The notes: generated by a model not told the origin, from the letters alone. A DNA stretch of 64,000 nt from Thermoanaerobaculia bacterium (GCA_038203955.1 JBBRDK010000006.1:946-64945); one strand, 5' to 3'; positions 27,431 to 36,237 are shown, numbered from the stretch's first letter. A program made the numbers and translations.

Positions 27431-28816
27431 TTGACGCGCCAGCCCGGCGTCCGGCGGGCCCGGGCCCGCGCCGCCGCGGGAGGCGTGAAGTCGAAAGCCC
27501 TCTTTCGCCGCGCGACGGCCCTCATGCCGGGCGGAGTCAGCTCGCCCGTGCGTTCTTTCGCGTCGGTCGGCGGGGAGCCCTTCTTCGCGGCGGCCGGCCG
27601 CGGGGCCCGGCTGCGCGACGCCGACGGACGTTCGTACATCGACTACGTTCAGTCCTACGGGCCGCACCTCTTCGGGCACGTTCCTCTCTTCGTGCGCAAC
27701 GCGCTCTCGCGCGCCATCCGCCGCGGCACCTCGTTCGGCGCGCCGACCGAGCTCGAGGTCCGGCTGGCCGGGCGCGTCGCCGCGATGGTTCCCTCCGTCG
27801 AGATGGTGCGGTTCGTCAACTCGGGGACGGAAGCCACCATGAGCGCGATCCGCCTCGCCCGGGGCGCGACGGGACGGGCAAGGATCGTGAAGACCGACGG
27901 CGGATACCACGGCCACGGCGATGCGTTCCTGGTGTCCGCGGGCTCGGGGGTCGCGACGCTGGGCATCGCGGGCAGCCCCGGCGTGCCGGCCGCCGCCGCC
28001 GCCCTGACCACGGTGGTCCCTTACAACGACGCCGGAGCGCTGGCCCGCGCGTTCGAGAGCTTCCCCGGCGAGATCGCCGCGTTCATCGTCGAGCCCGTCG
28101 CGGCGAACATGGGCGTGGTGCCGCCGCGCGCCGGCTACCTGCAGGCGGTCCGCGACTTGACGCGCGAGAACGGCGCGCTGCTCGTGTTCGACGAGGTCAT
28201 CAGCGGGTTTCGCCTCGCGCCCGGGGGCGCTCAGGAGCTCTACGGGGTCCTGCCCGATCTGACGACGCTCGGAAAGATCCTCGGAGGCGGCCTTCCCGTC
28301 GGCGCCTACGGCGGGTCGCGCGAGCTGATGTCCCGCATGGCGCCGTCGGGCCCGGTGTACCAGGCGGGCACGCTCTCCGGGAATCCTCTCGCCATGGAGG
28401 CCGGGCTCGCGATGCTCGGCGAGATCGCGCGGCATCCTCCGTACGCGAGGCTCCAGAGCCTGGGCGCGCTTCTCGAAGAACGCGTGCGCGAGGCGATCGC
28501 GTCAGCCGGCGTGGCCGACCGCGTCCGCTACCAGAGGGTCGCCTCTCTCTCGACGCTCTTCTTCGCGCCGGGCGACCTCCCCGATTTCGCCGCCGCGAAG
28601 AGGAGCGACACCGCCCGCTACGCGGCCTTCTTCCACGCAATGCGCGAGCGGGGAATCTTTCTGCCGCCGGCGCAATTCGAAGCGTGGTTCCTGTCGACGG
28701 CGCACACGGAGGCGGACGTGAGGAAGACAGCTCGGATGGTGGCGGAGAGCCTAGGCGTGGCGTTCGAGGGGACAGAAGGCGGCAGGCGGACGGAGAACGG
28801 GGCCGGGAATCGGTAA
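27431..28816 (+). CDS. hemL: glutamate-1-semialdehyde 2,1-aminomutase
   Basis: ..ALMPGGVSSPVRSF.., ..NSGTEATMSAIRLARG.., ..DEVISGFRLAPGGAQ..DLTTLGKILGGGLP.. (PLP Lys). The start is uncertain: TTG 27431, or GTG 27485 which matches the usual N-terminus better. The last codons and the stop lie inside a heptamer array. Confidence 0.9.
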   Translation: MTRQPGVRRARARAAAGGVKSKALFRRATALMPGGVSSPVRSFASVGGEPFFAAAGRGARLRDADGRSYIDYVQSYGPHLFGHVPLFVRNALSRAIRRGTSFGAPTELEVRLAGRVAAMVPSVEMVRFVNSGTEATMSAIRLARGATGRARIVKTDGGYHGHGDAFLVSAGSGVATLGIAGSPGVPAAAAALTTVVPYNDAGALARAFESFPGEIAAFIVEPVAANMGVVPPRAGYLQAVRDLTRENGALLVFDEVISGFRLAPGGAQELYGVLPDLTTLGKILGGGLPVGAYGGSRELMSRMAPSGPVYQAGTLSGNPLAMEAGLAMLGEIARHPPYARLQSLGALLEERVREAIASAGVADRVRYQRVASLSTLFFAPGDLPDFAAAKRSDTARYAAFFHAMRERGIFLPPAQFEAWFLSTAHTEADVRKTARMVAESLGVAFEGTEGGRRTENGAGNR

Positions 28817-28832
28817 TCGGGAATCGGGAATC
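28805..28832. repeat. (GGKAATC)4 heptamer array
   Basis: GGGAATC GGTAATC GGGAATC GGGAATC. The hemL stop TAA is the core of heptamer 2. The reverse complement GATTCCC is the motif that flanks the 58-nt repeats at 24576 and 34267. Confidence 0.85.
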
Positions 28833-28883
28833 GAAGGGCAGCCGCTTTACTAAACGAGAGATCGAACTCGGTTTAACCGGTTC

Positions 28884-28942
28884 ACTCTCACTCTCGACTC
28901 TTAACTCTCAACTCTCAACTCCGAACGCTCAACTCTCAACTT
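28884..28942. repeat. (ACTCTCA)-type heptamer array, about 9 units
   Basis: actctc actctcg actctta actctca actctca actccga acgctca actctca actt. It overlaps the stop and the last four codons (EVES*) of the minus-strand antiporter gene. Confidence 0.85.
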
Positions 28943-30641
28943 CATCAAACCCTCGAAAGCGCTCATGCCTCTCGCGTCTTATCTCCGACGTCTCCGCTTC
29001 GACCCAGGGCAGCGGGAAGCCGAAGTGTTTCAGCGTGCGGCTGGAGATCTCAAGCGACGTCTCGAATTCTTCCGCGACGACCTCGTCGGCGCCGAGGGCG
29101 GCGATCTCGGGGATCTCCGCCAGGTACCGCGTCCGCGCGATCAGGAATACGCCCGGCGCAAGGTCCCGGCAGAGGCGGACCGCGCGCCGCGTCGCCCGCG
29201 GGTCGGACAGCAGGACGAGGGCGGCGCGCGCCCGCTCGATTCCGCAGTACCTCAGCACGCTGTCGTTCGACGCGTCCCCGTATTCGACGGCGAGGTCCTT
29301 GCCGCGGGCCCGGGCAACGCGCTCGGGGTTCAACTCGAGGATCCGGAACGGAATCTTCGAGCGGCCGAGCACGCGGGCGAGCGTCTCTCCCGTGTGTCCG
29401 AACCCGAGGATGACGACGTGGCCCTCGACCGGGGCGTCTCCGGGCGCCGACGCCTTCGATTCCGGTGCGCCGCGGGTCCCGCCGGCGAGCTTCTGCGCGA
29501 TGCCGTGGCTCGCTTCGAAGAGGAACGGCGTCGCGATCATCGACGCGATGGCAGCCGCGAGGATCGCCTGGTACTCGCCCCGGTCGATTCCCCCGGCCAG
29601 GTGCGCCGCGGACAAAAGCACGAACGAGAACTCGCCGATCTGCGCGAGGGAGATGCCGACGACGACCGCGACCCGGGCGCCGTAACCCAGGAGAAGGACC
29701 GGAAGGGCGCCGAGCACCGCCTTGCCCACGAGGACGAAGGCGAGGACCGACGCGACCGCGATCGGACGGTTTAAGAGGACGCGCGGATCGAACAGCATTC
29801 CGACGGAGACGAAAAAGAGAGCGCTGAACGCGTCCCGAAACGGCGCGACGTCCGCCACCGCCTGATGGCCGAACTCGGACTCGGAGACCACGAGCCCGGC
29901 GAGGAACGCGCCGAGCGCCAGCGACAGGCCGGCCGCCGCCGTGCCGAGCGCAGTCCCGAACACGAGCAGGAGAACGGCCAGCGTGAAGAGCTCCTTCTGG
30001 CGGGTCCTCACCATGGCGGCCAGAAGGCGAGGGACGATTTTGCGCGCGGCAACAGCGATGACGATCACCGTCACGGCCGCCTTGCCGAGAGCCAGGGCGA
30101 GCGCGCCCAGCCCCAGACTGCCCTTGGAGGACAGCGGCGCCACAAGGAGCATCATCGGCACGACCATCAGGTCTCCGAACAGGTTGATCCCGACGAGAAA
30201 GCGGCCGTGGGGGGAGTCCGTCTCGCCGCGGTCCATCAGCAGCTTCAGCAGGATCACCGTCGTGCACGTCACGACCAGGAACCCGAAGAGCACACCCCGG
30301 GAGAACGGCTCTCCCAGCAGGGCGCCGAGGCCGGCGGCGGCGGCCACAACGCCGAAGAACTGGAGGGGACCCGCGATCCACACGATCCGGCCGAGCCGCC
30401 GGATGCTCGACACCGACAGGTCGAGCCCGACCGTGAACAGGAGGAGCACGACGCCCACCTCCGCCAGGGTTTCGACGGCGGAGACGTCCTTGACCAGGCC
30501 GAGCCCGTACGGGCCGAGCAGGATCCCGGCCGCGAGGAAGCCGACGAGCGGGGGCTGCCGGACGCGCTGAACGAGCCACGCCGCCGCGAGGGCGGCGAGG
30601 AGGACGAGGGCGAGCGGGCCCAGGAACGCCGGCGTCGACAC
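28929..30641 (-). CDS. CPA2-family monovalent cation:proton antiporter with C-terminal TrkA-N/RCK domain (KefB/KefC-like)
   Basis: N-terminal Na/H-exchanger-type membrane domain (..PPLVGFLAAGILLGPYGLGLV..LLLFTVGLDLS..) followed by ..HVVILGFGHTGETLARVL.. (GxGxxG). GTG start. Confidence 0.9.
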   Translation of the reverse strand: MSTPAFLGPLALVLLAALAAAWLVQRVRQPPLVGFLAAGILLGPYGLGLVKDVSAVETLAEVGVVLLLFTVGLDLSVSSIRRLGRIVWIAGPLQFFGVVAAAAGLGALLGEPFSRGVLFGFLVVTCTTVILLKLLMDRGETDSPHGRFLVGINLFGDLMVVPMMLLVAPLSSKGSLGLGALALALGKAAVTVIVIAVAARKIVPRLLAAMVRTRQKELFTLAVLLLVFGTALGTAAAGLSLALGAFLAGLVVSESEFGHQAVADVAPFRDAFSALFFVSVGMLFDPRVLLNRPIAVASVLAFVLVGKAVLGALPVLLLGYGARVAVVVGISLAQIGEFSFVLLSAAHLAGGIDRGEYQAILAAAIASMIATPFLFEASHGIAQKLAGGTRGAPESKASAPGDAPVEGHVVILGFGHTGETLARVLGRSKIPFRILELNPERVARARGKDLAVEYGDASNDSVLRYCGIERARAALVLLSDPRATRRAVRLCRDLAPGVFLIARTRYLAEIPEIAALGADEVVAEEFETSLEISSRTLKHFGFPLPWVEAETSEIRRERHERFRGFDEVES

Positions 30642-30785
30642 GCCGGCACTTTACTCCGCGGGAATGCGCGCGCCGGGCAGGCTCCTTCTGAATGCTTGCG
30701 AGGCTTCCGGTCTGGTAGCCTCTGACGAAAGATCCAGGCGGCAGAGGCTCGAGCGACACGGACTCTCACCCGAAGGGAGCGATGC

Positions 30786-32345
30786 ATGGCGATGAACACG
30801 GTCGCGGCAACCGAGAAACAGTGGCTCGGGCATCCGCGCGGCCTCTCCACGCTGTTCTTCACCGAGATGTGGGAGCGGTTCAGCTATTACGGGATGCGGG
30901 GGCTTTTGATCCTTTTCCTGGTGGCGTCCGTCCAGACCGGGGGCTTCGGCCTGACGGACAGGTCGGCGGCGGCCATCTACGGCCTCTACACGGGGTTCGT
31001 GTACCTGATGGCGCTCCCGGGCGGATGGGTAGCGGACCGTATCCTCGGCCAGCGGAACGCGGTGTTCGTCGGCGGCTGCATCATCGCCGCCGGGCATTTC
31101 TGCATGGCGGTTCCGAGCGTCCCGACGTTCTACGGCGGGCTCGTTCTGATCGTCATCGGAACCGGTCTTTTGAAACCGAACGTCAGCGCGATGGTCGGCG
31201 ACCTCTATCCGGTGGGCAGCCCGCGCCGGGACGCCGGCTTCTCCGTGTTCTATTCGGGGATCAACGTCGGCGCCCTCGTCGGGCCGCTGATCTGCGGGTT
31301 CCTCGGCGAGCGGGTGAACTGGCACCTCGGTTTCTCCGCCGCAGGCATCGGCATGGTCCTGGGCCTCATTCAGTACCGCCTGGGCGCGAAGTATCTGGGC
31401 AAGGCGGGAATCCGCCGCCCCGAGGAGACGACGACCCTGGCCGACAGGGGGGCGCGCCGCCGGCTGGCGATCGGCGCGGCGGTCGTGGTCGGTATCGTCG
31501 CGCTCATGGTCGCGCTCCACGTGGCGGGCGTCGTCCGGATGAACCTCTACGACATCGCGAAGGGGACCGGGTACTTCATGCTCGGCCTCGCCATCCTTTA
31601 CTTTTCGTCGCTCCTGCTCTTCGCGAAGATCAGCGGCGCGGAGAAGAAACGGATCGGGGTCATCTTCATCTTCTTCATGGCGGCCGTGCTCTTCTGGGCC
31701 GGGTTCGAGCAAGCCGGTTCCTCTTTGAACCTCTTCAGCGACCGGCTCATGAACCGGGACCTCTTCGGCAAGACCATCCCGACCTCCTGGTACCAGTCGG
31801 TCAATTCGATGTTTCTGATCCTCCTCGCGCCCGTCTTCGGCGCGCTGTGGATCAAGCTCGGACGGCGCCAGCCTTCGACGGCGGCGAAGATGGGGTTCGG
31901 ACTGCTGTTTCTGGCCGCGGGCTTCCTGGTGCTCGCTCTCGGCGCCACCTACGCGGTGGGCGGCGTCAAGGTGAGCATGATGTGGATGATCGTGACCTAT
32001 CTGCTCCATACCGCCGGCGAGCTGTGCCTCTCCCCGGTGGGTCTGTCGAGCGTCACGAAGCTCGCGCCCAAGAAGCTGGCCGGGCAGCTGATGGGCACCT
32101 GGTTCATGGGAACGGCGCTCGGCAATCTGATCGCGGGCCTCGCGGCGGGCGGCTTCGAGGGAATGGGCGTCTCGGAGCTCTTCGCCGCCGTCGCCAAGGT
32201 CACGGGAGTCGCGGGCGTCATCCTTCTGATCTTCGCGCGTCCGATCCGGCGGCTGGTCGGCGGCGCCGAAGACAACGTCGACGAGACGGCGATCCCGGCC
32301 GCGGCGACCGGCGTCCGCGAAGGCGCGTTGCCGGCCGGGGGCTGA
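30786..32345 (+). CDS. POT/PTR2-family proton-dependent oligopeptide transporter
   Basis: HPRGLSTLFFTEMWERFSYYGMRGLLILFL (ExxERFxYY signature). MFS-like polytopic protein. Confidence 0.9.
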   Translation: MAMNTVAATEKQWLGHPRGLSTLFFTEMWERFSYYGMRGLLILFLVASVQTGGFGLTDRSAAAIYGLYTGFVYLMALPGGWVADRILGQRNAVFVGGCIIAAGHFCMAVPSVPTFYGGLVLIVIGTGLLKPNVSAMVGDLYPVGSPRRDAGFSVFYSGINVGALVGPLICGFLGERVNWHLGFSAAGIGMVLGLIQYRLGAKYLGKAGIRRPEETTTLADRGARRRLAIGAAVVVGIVALMVALHVAGVVRMNLYDIAKGTGYFMLGLAILYFSSLLLFAKISGAEKKRIGVIFIFFMAAVLFWAGFEQAGSSLNLFSDRLMNRDLFGKTIPTSWYQSVNSMFLILLAPVFGALWIKLGRRQPSTAAKMGFGLLFLAAGFLVLALGATYAVGGVKVSMMWMIVTYLLHTAGELCLSPVGLSSVTKLAPKKLAGQLMGTWFMGTALGNLIAGLAAGGFEGMGVSELFAAVAKVTGVAGVILLIFARPIRRLVGGAEDNVDETAIPAAATGVREGALPAGG

Positions 32346-32379
32346 TCGAAACGCGGGCTGCGGCTTTTCCGGTTCCGCC

Positions 32380-33212
32380 TCAGAACTTCGCGACGAGCGC
32401 GGCGGACGTGATGGTGTCCGTCTTCTTTTTTCCGGGCACCGGCTCGTTCAGCGTGAGCCAGGCGTAAGAGAGCTTCACCGAGAGGACCGTCGTGACGCCC
32501 GCGCCGAGCGAGACCTTGTTGGCGAATCGCCAGTCCTTCGAGTCGCTCAGGTCCTCGACGAAGGACGCCTCTTCGGAAAACTCGCTCGTCTTCGAGAGCT
32601 TCCATTTGTATTCGAGGGCGGCGCGCGCGGTCGCGAAGTCCCCGTCTCGGTCCCGGCGGGGACGGGGAGGATCCGCCGCTCGCTCGTGTAACCGAGCCCC
32701 ATCTCGGCCTTGAGCGAGTGGGGGTCCGCCGAGAGAAACTGCCAGGCGGCGCCCGCTTCGCCCGCCCACTGCCCGTCGATCCCCGCGAAACGGTTTTCCC
32801 GATAGGTTCCGAGCCCGTAAATCTCGAGGCGCGGGCTCAATTTCCGGGCGCCGCGGAGGAGTCCCTCGAAGGTCCGCGCGCTCTCGATCCCGTCGGTCTC
32901 GCTGCGGATGAACGCGAGGGAAGCCTTGTAGTTCCACACCCCCGGCGCGTAAAGGACCTCGCCGGCCGCCCCCAGGGTCTTCGCGTCCGAGTTGCCGGAC
33001 GTCGCGACATAGGAAGCCTCCGCCTTGCCGGACCAGACGGGGGGCGGCTTCGGCGGATCCTCAGCGAGTGCGAGCCGGGCGGCCGAGAAGCCGAGGCAGA
33101 GCAGGACGATCCGGGTGCCGGACGCGTCAGGTCCCGGACGGACCGCGGGGAGGAAGGGCCGGCACCGCCGGCACGGCGCGGAGCAGGGGCGCGGCAAACG
33201 GCCGCACGGCAA
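32380..33212 (-). pseudogene. DUF481 (YdiY-like) outer-membrane beta-barrel gene with an apparent single-base frameshift
   Basis: The N-terminal part is in the frame of ORF 32547..33212 (..WSGKAEASYVATSGNSDAKTLGAAGEVLY..AEMGLGYTSERR..TETG). The C-terminal part is in the frame of ORF 32380..32937 (DFATARAALEYKWKLSK..SAALVAKF*, with a terminal Phe typical of barrels). The frames meet at a C4 run at 32640-32643, and one extra base would give ..TETGDFATAR... The start is uncertain: TTG 33212 overlaps the upstream gene. Confidence 0.6.
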
Positions 33213-34212
33213 TCCCGAGGGCGCTGCCGCGCGGCTTCCCGGCCGAAACGTCCCTGTACCTCACGGCCTGCTCGCCGCACAGCGCCGTGCCCGCGAGGAG
33301 CCAGGCGATGTCGGCGACCTGCGCGGCGTTGCCCGCAAAAGCGGCGAGCGAAGCGAGAACGTTCAAGGCCCCGACGAGGAAAAGAAGCCCGGCCGTGACG
33401 CGCCCCCATTTCAACGCGTCGAAGTCGAAGCGGCGCTCGAGCTCGCGCTGATCCGGGCGGGGCAGGAGCGACAGAGCGGGCTCGAGAAGACGGAACAGAT
33501 CCTGATCCGGGAGCCCCGGCTTCGGTCCCGCGGCGCCGCCGGCCGCGCGCGGACGGCGACGATACCGGATCGCGAGCGCCACCCGATGAAACAGCACGCC
33601 CGCGACGGAGCCCATCGGGCGGCCCGCGACCCACGCGCTCCCGATCCTCACCGCCGACTCGGCGGCGAGAAAGACCGACAGCGCGAGCGGAAGCGTCCAG
33701 GGGAACAGCGGCGGTCCGCCGAAGAGGCCGAGGACGTGGGAAAAGAGGCCGAGCGACCCCAGGACGAAGAGAGGAAGGGCCGAGACGACCGTCATCGCTA
33801 CAGCGGGAGCGCCGATCTCCGACTCCAGCCGTTCCTGGACGTCGCCCGGAAGATGCCCGATCAGCGGCGAGAAGAGGATCGCGAGGCGCCGCTCGCGGAC
33901 CGAATCGTGCCTCCGGACGCGCTCGGAGGATCGCGCCTCTTCGGCCGGAGCGTCGTACGCCTCGAGGACGCGGATGGCATGGCGCTCCTCCCACGGACGG
34001 AGCCTGTATTGGATGCCGCCCGTCGCGAGCGGGCTCGCGTCGATTACCTCGTAGATCGCCTCTTGCCACCGCACGGCGGTCCCCGGATGCTCCGCCCGCG
34101 TCGCCGTGCGCGGTGCCCGTCCCGCCCACCCCTTGGACACGGCGCACGTCAGGACGACCGAGCCGTCGGGCAGAGACTCCGCGACATCCGAGCCGAAGGC
34201 AGAGGGGGTCAT
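33127..34212 (-). CDS. hypothetical polytopic membrane protein
   Basis: Start re-set to ATG 34212..34210 (MTPSAFGSDVAES..). A soluble N-domain (..VRWQEAIYEVIDASP..YRLRPWEERHAIRVLEAYD..) is followed by several hydrophobic helices. High third-position GC. No family recognised. The sequence upstream of this ATG in the track ORF is an antisense shadow of udgX. Confidence 0.55.
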   Translation of the reverse strand: MTPSAFGSDVAESLPDGSVVLTCAVSKGWAGRAPRTATRAEHPGTAVRWQEAIYEVIDASPLATGGIQYRLRPWEERHAIRVLEAYDAPAEEARSSERVRRHDSVRERRLAILFSPLIGHLPGDVQERLESEIGAPAVAMTVVSALPLFVLGSLGLFSHVLGLFGGPPLFPWTLPLALSVFLAAESAVRIGSAWVAGRPMGSVAGVLFHRVALAIRYRRRPRAAGGAAGPKPGLPDQDLFRLLEPALSLLPRPDQRELERRFDFDALKWGRVTAGLLFLVGALNVLASLAAFAGNAAQVADIAWLLAGTALCGEQAVRYRDVSAGKPRGSALGIAVRPFAAPLLRAVPAVPALPPRGPSGT

Positions 34213-34266
34213 GAGATTTTCGCCCGAGGGTAGCAAAGGGAAAGCCTGCGCGCGAAGGTGTGACTG

Positions 34267-34373
34267 CGATTTCCGATTCCCCTTCATCTTTCGATTTCCG
34301 ATTCCCGATCTAGTTGACCGCGGAGTACCGCAGCCGTCTCGCTCCCGTTGGTCGCTCGGCTCCCGATTCCCGG
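34267..34373 (+). repeat. single 58-nt unit (same family as 24581-24696) with CGATT(T)CC heptamer flanks
   Basis: Unit 34304-34361 matches the 24581 unit except for one G->A change in the second CCGCGG. It is preceded by two copies of cgatttccgattcc (34267-80, 34292-34305) and followed by cccgattcccgg. It ends 17 nt before the udgX ATG. Confidence 0.9.
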
Positions 34374-34390
34374 CTCCGTTGGCCCATCTC

Positions 34391-35047
34391 ATGCTTCGGC
34401 CGTCTCCCGTGTCCAAGGGCACTCCTGAATCCGCCGCGCCGCTGATTCCTCCGCGGCCGACGCTGCCGAAGCTCCGCGCGGCGGCGGCGGTTTGCCGCGC
34501 GTGCGACCTCTGGCGGCGCGGGACGCAGACGGTCTTCGGCGAGGGGGGACGCTCGTCGCGGCTCGTGCTCGTCGGCGAGCAACCCGGCGACCGCGAGGAC
34601 CTCGAGGGGCGCCCGTTCGTCGGACCCTCCGGCCAGCTCCTGGACGATGCGCTCGAAGAGGCGGGAATCGACCGGAAGCTGGCGTACGTCACCAACGCTG
34701 TCAAGCACTTCAAGTGGGAGCCGCGAGGAAAGAAGCGGATCCACCAGAAGCCGAACGCAGTCGAGATCGCGGCATGCCGGCCCTGGCTCGACGCCGAGCT
34801 CGCCGTTCTGCGGCCGGACGTGCTCGTCTGTCTCGGCGCGACCGCGGCGCAGGCGCTTCTCGGCCGAACCTTCCGCGTCACGAAGAGCCGCGGCGCCCTC
34901 ATCCCTTCGCCGCTCGCCCCCCACGTCATCGCGACCGTCCATCCGTCTTCGATCCTTCGCGCGCCGGACGAGGCCGCGCGGCGGCGGGAAAGAGAGATGT
35001 TCGTCCGGGATCTCCGCTTCGCCGCCCGTTATCTCGCTCGCGCCTGA
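34391..35047 (+). CDS. udgX: UdgX-type (family-4-derived) uracil-DNA glycosylase
   Basis: CRACDLW Fe-S cysteines. Motif A is GEQPG (34574-34588) rather than GE(x)PG. KKRIH loop at 34730-34744 (KRRIH in the mycobacterial enzyme, whose His forms the covalent link). Motif B is TVHPSSILR. Start re-set to ATG 34391. Confidence 0.8.
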   Translation: MLRPSPVSKGTPESAAPLIPPRPTLPKLRAAAAVCRACDLWRRGTQTVFGEGGRSSRLVLVGEQPGDREDLEGRPFVGPSGQLLDDALEEAGIDRKLAYVTNAVKHFKWEPRGKKRIHQKPNAVEIAACRPWLDAELAVLRPDVLVCLGATAAQALLGRTFRVTKSRGALIPSPLAPHVIATVHPSSILRAPDEAARRREREMFVRDLRFAARYLARA

Positions 35048-35373
35048 AGGGGATCGGACGGCGATTGGCATTTCCCTCCGCCAAACTGCTAACATTTCCG
35101 CGGAGGATCTTCTGGCACGCGCACTCGAACTGCAGGCCGGGCTGGCACAGGAGCGCTGGCGAAAAGCCGTCGACGCCCTGTGGCGCGAGGTCCTGTCCTA
35201 CCGCCGGCTCCGACTGGCCGACCGCGAGCGCGAACGGACCGAACGGCGTCTGCGGAATCTGAGGCGTATCGTGCGCCGGGCCCTCTCGGAGTATCACCGG
35301 CTTCAGATCGAGACCTCGCCCGACGAGACACCCCGCCCCTGAGCGGCGTCGAACGTTCCGTTCGCCGGCGATC

Positions 35374-35787
35374 GTGACGGGCGCGACCGCCGGATCGTCC
35401 GGCCCCGCTTGGAAGAGGCTCTTCTGGGTTTCGGGCTCCTTCGCCGTGTGCCGTCTTCCGACGGATGCGCCTCTTCCGGTTTTTCCGGTCGGGGGCGCTC
35501 TCTACTCGGCGACGCGGACGGATCGGGAGCTCTCGATCGTCTGCGACGAGGCCGCCGCGCCGGCCGGCGCCATCTGCGAAGCGGGGTGGCGCGCGCTGCG
35601 CCTGGCCGGACCGATCCCGTTCACGGTGACGGGGGTGATCGCCGCGGTCTCGGCGCCTCTCGCGCGCGCCCGGCTCCCGATGTTCGCCGTCTCGACCTAC
35701 GACACGGACTACGTCCTGGTCCGGGCCTGCGACGCGCAGGCGGCCCGCGAAGCCCTCGAGAGCGACGGATTCCGAATCGAGCCCTGA
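35374..35787 (+). CDS. ACT-domain protein (small-ligand-binding, CASTOR/ACT_7-like)
   Basis: ..FAVCRLP..LYSATRTDRELSIVCDE..GWRALRLAGPIPFTVTGVIAAVSAPLARARLPMFAVSTYDTDYVLV.. has the typical ACT_7 layout. GTG start. Confidence 0.7.
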   Translation: MTGATAGSSGPAWKRLFWVSGSFAVCRLPTDAPLPVFPVGGALYSATRTDRELSIVCDEAAAPAGAICEAGWRALRLAGPIPFTVTGVIAAVSAPLARARLPMFAVSTYDTDYVLVRACDAQAAREALESDGFRIEP

Positions 35788-35796
35788 CCGGGCGCT

Positions 35797-36147
35797 CTAC
35801 TCGCGGAAGCTCTCGCGGCCGAACGCCTGCCATCCGGCATTGCCGGAGGCCAGGAGCTTCTCGAGACCGCCATCCTTGTCGGCAGTCTCACGGAACTTCG
35901 GATCCGAGTGATAGCGGCAGATGTCGAAGAGCGATTGGAGGCCGGCGAGGACCGGAGCGGCATCGAGCCCGGTATCGGGGAGGCCGCGCGTCGCGTTGAC
36001 CGCCGCGAGAATGCGCCGCGCGTCCTCCGGGGTCGTCAGGACGCCGACCAGACGCCCCTGAGCGTCCACGACCATCCGGGGGTCCTTTCGGTCGGACGTC
36101 CAGGGCTCGGGCGAATGCGCGCGGGGCGGAGCGGGCTCTGGGGCCAT
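35797..36147 (-). CDS. hypothetical protein (116 aa)
   Basis: Strong AGGAGGAA lies 5 nt upstream of ATG 36147..36145. High third-position GC. No family recognised. The remainder of the 600-aa track ORF is a shadow of the propeller gene. Confidence 0.6.
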   Translation of the reverse strand: MAPEPAPPRAHSPEPWTSDRKDPRMVVDAQGRLVGVLTTPEDARRILAAVNATRGLPDTGLDAAPVLAGLQSLFDICRYHSDPKFRETADKDGGLEKLLASGNAGWQAFGRESFRE

Positions 36148-36237
36148 CTCGTTCCTCCTGTCTTGTGCTGGCTCGGCTGAGTGGTTGGATTCGATTATGC
36201 GCCCGCCCGGCGCCGGAGCGATTGGTAGGATGGCCGC

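Noticed and set aside
35112-35342. Possible about 76-aa helical, Arg/Glu-rich ORF between udgX and the ACT gene (..LARALELQAGLAQERWRKAVDALWREVLSYRRL..)
   Set aside because: Third-position GC is high and GGAGG lies 5 nt upstream of an in-frame CTG. However, there is no ATG, GTG or TTG start after the udgX stop, and I recognise no family. The support is too weak to call it a gene.
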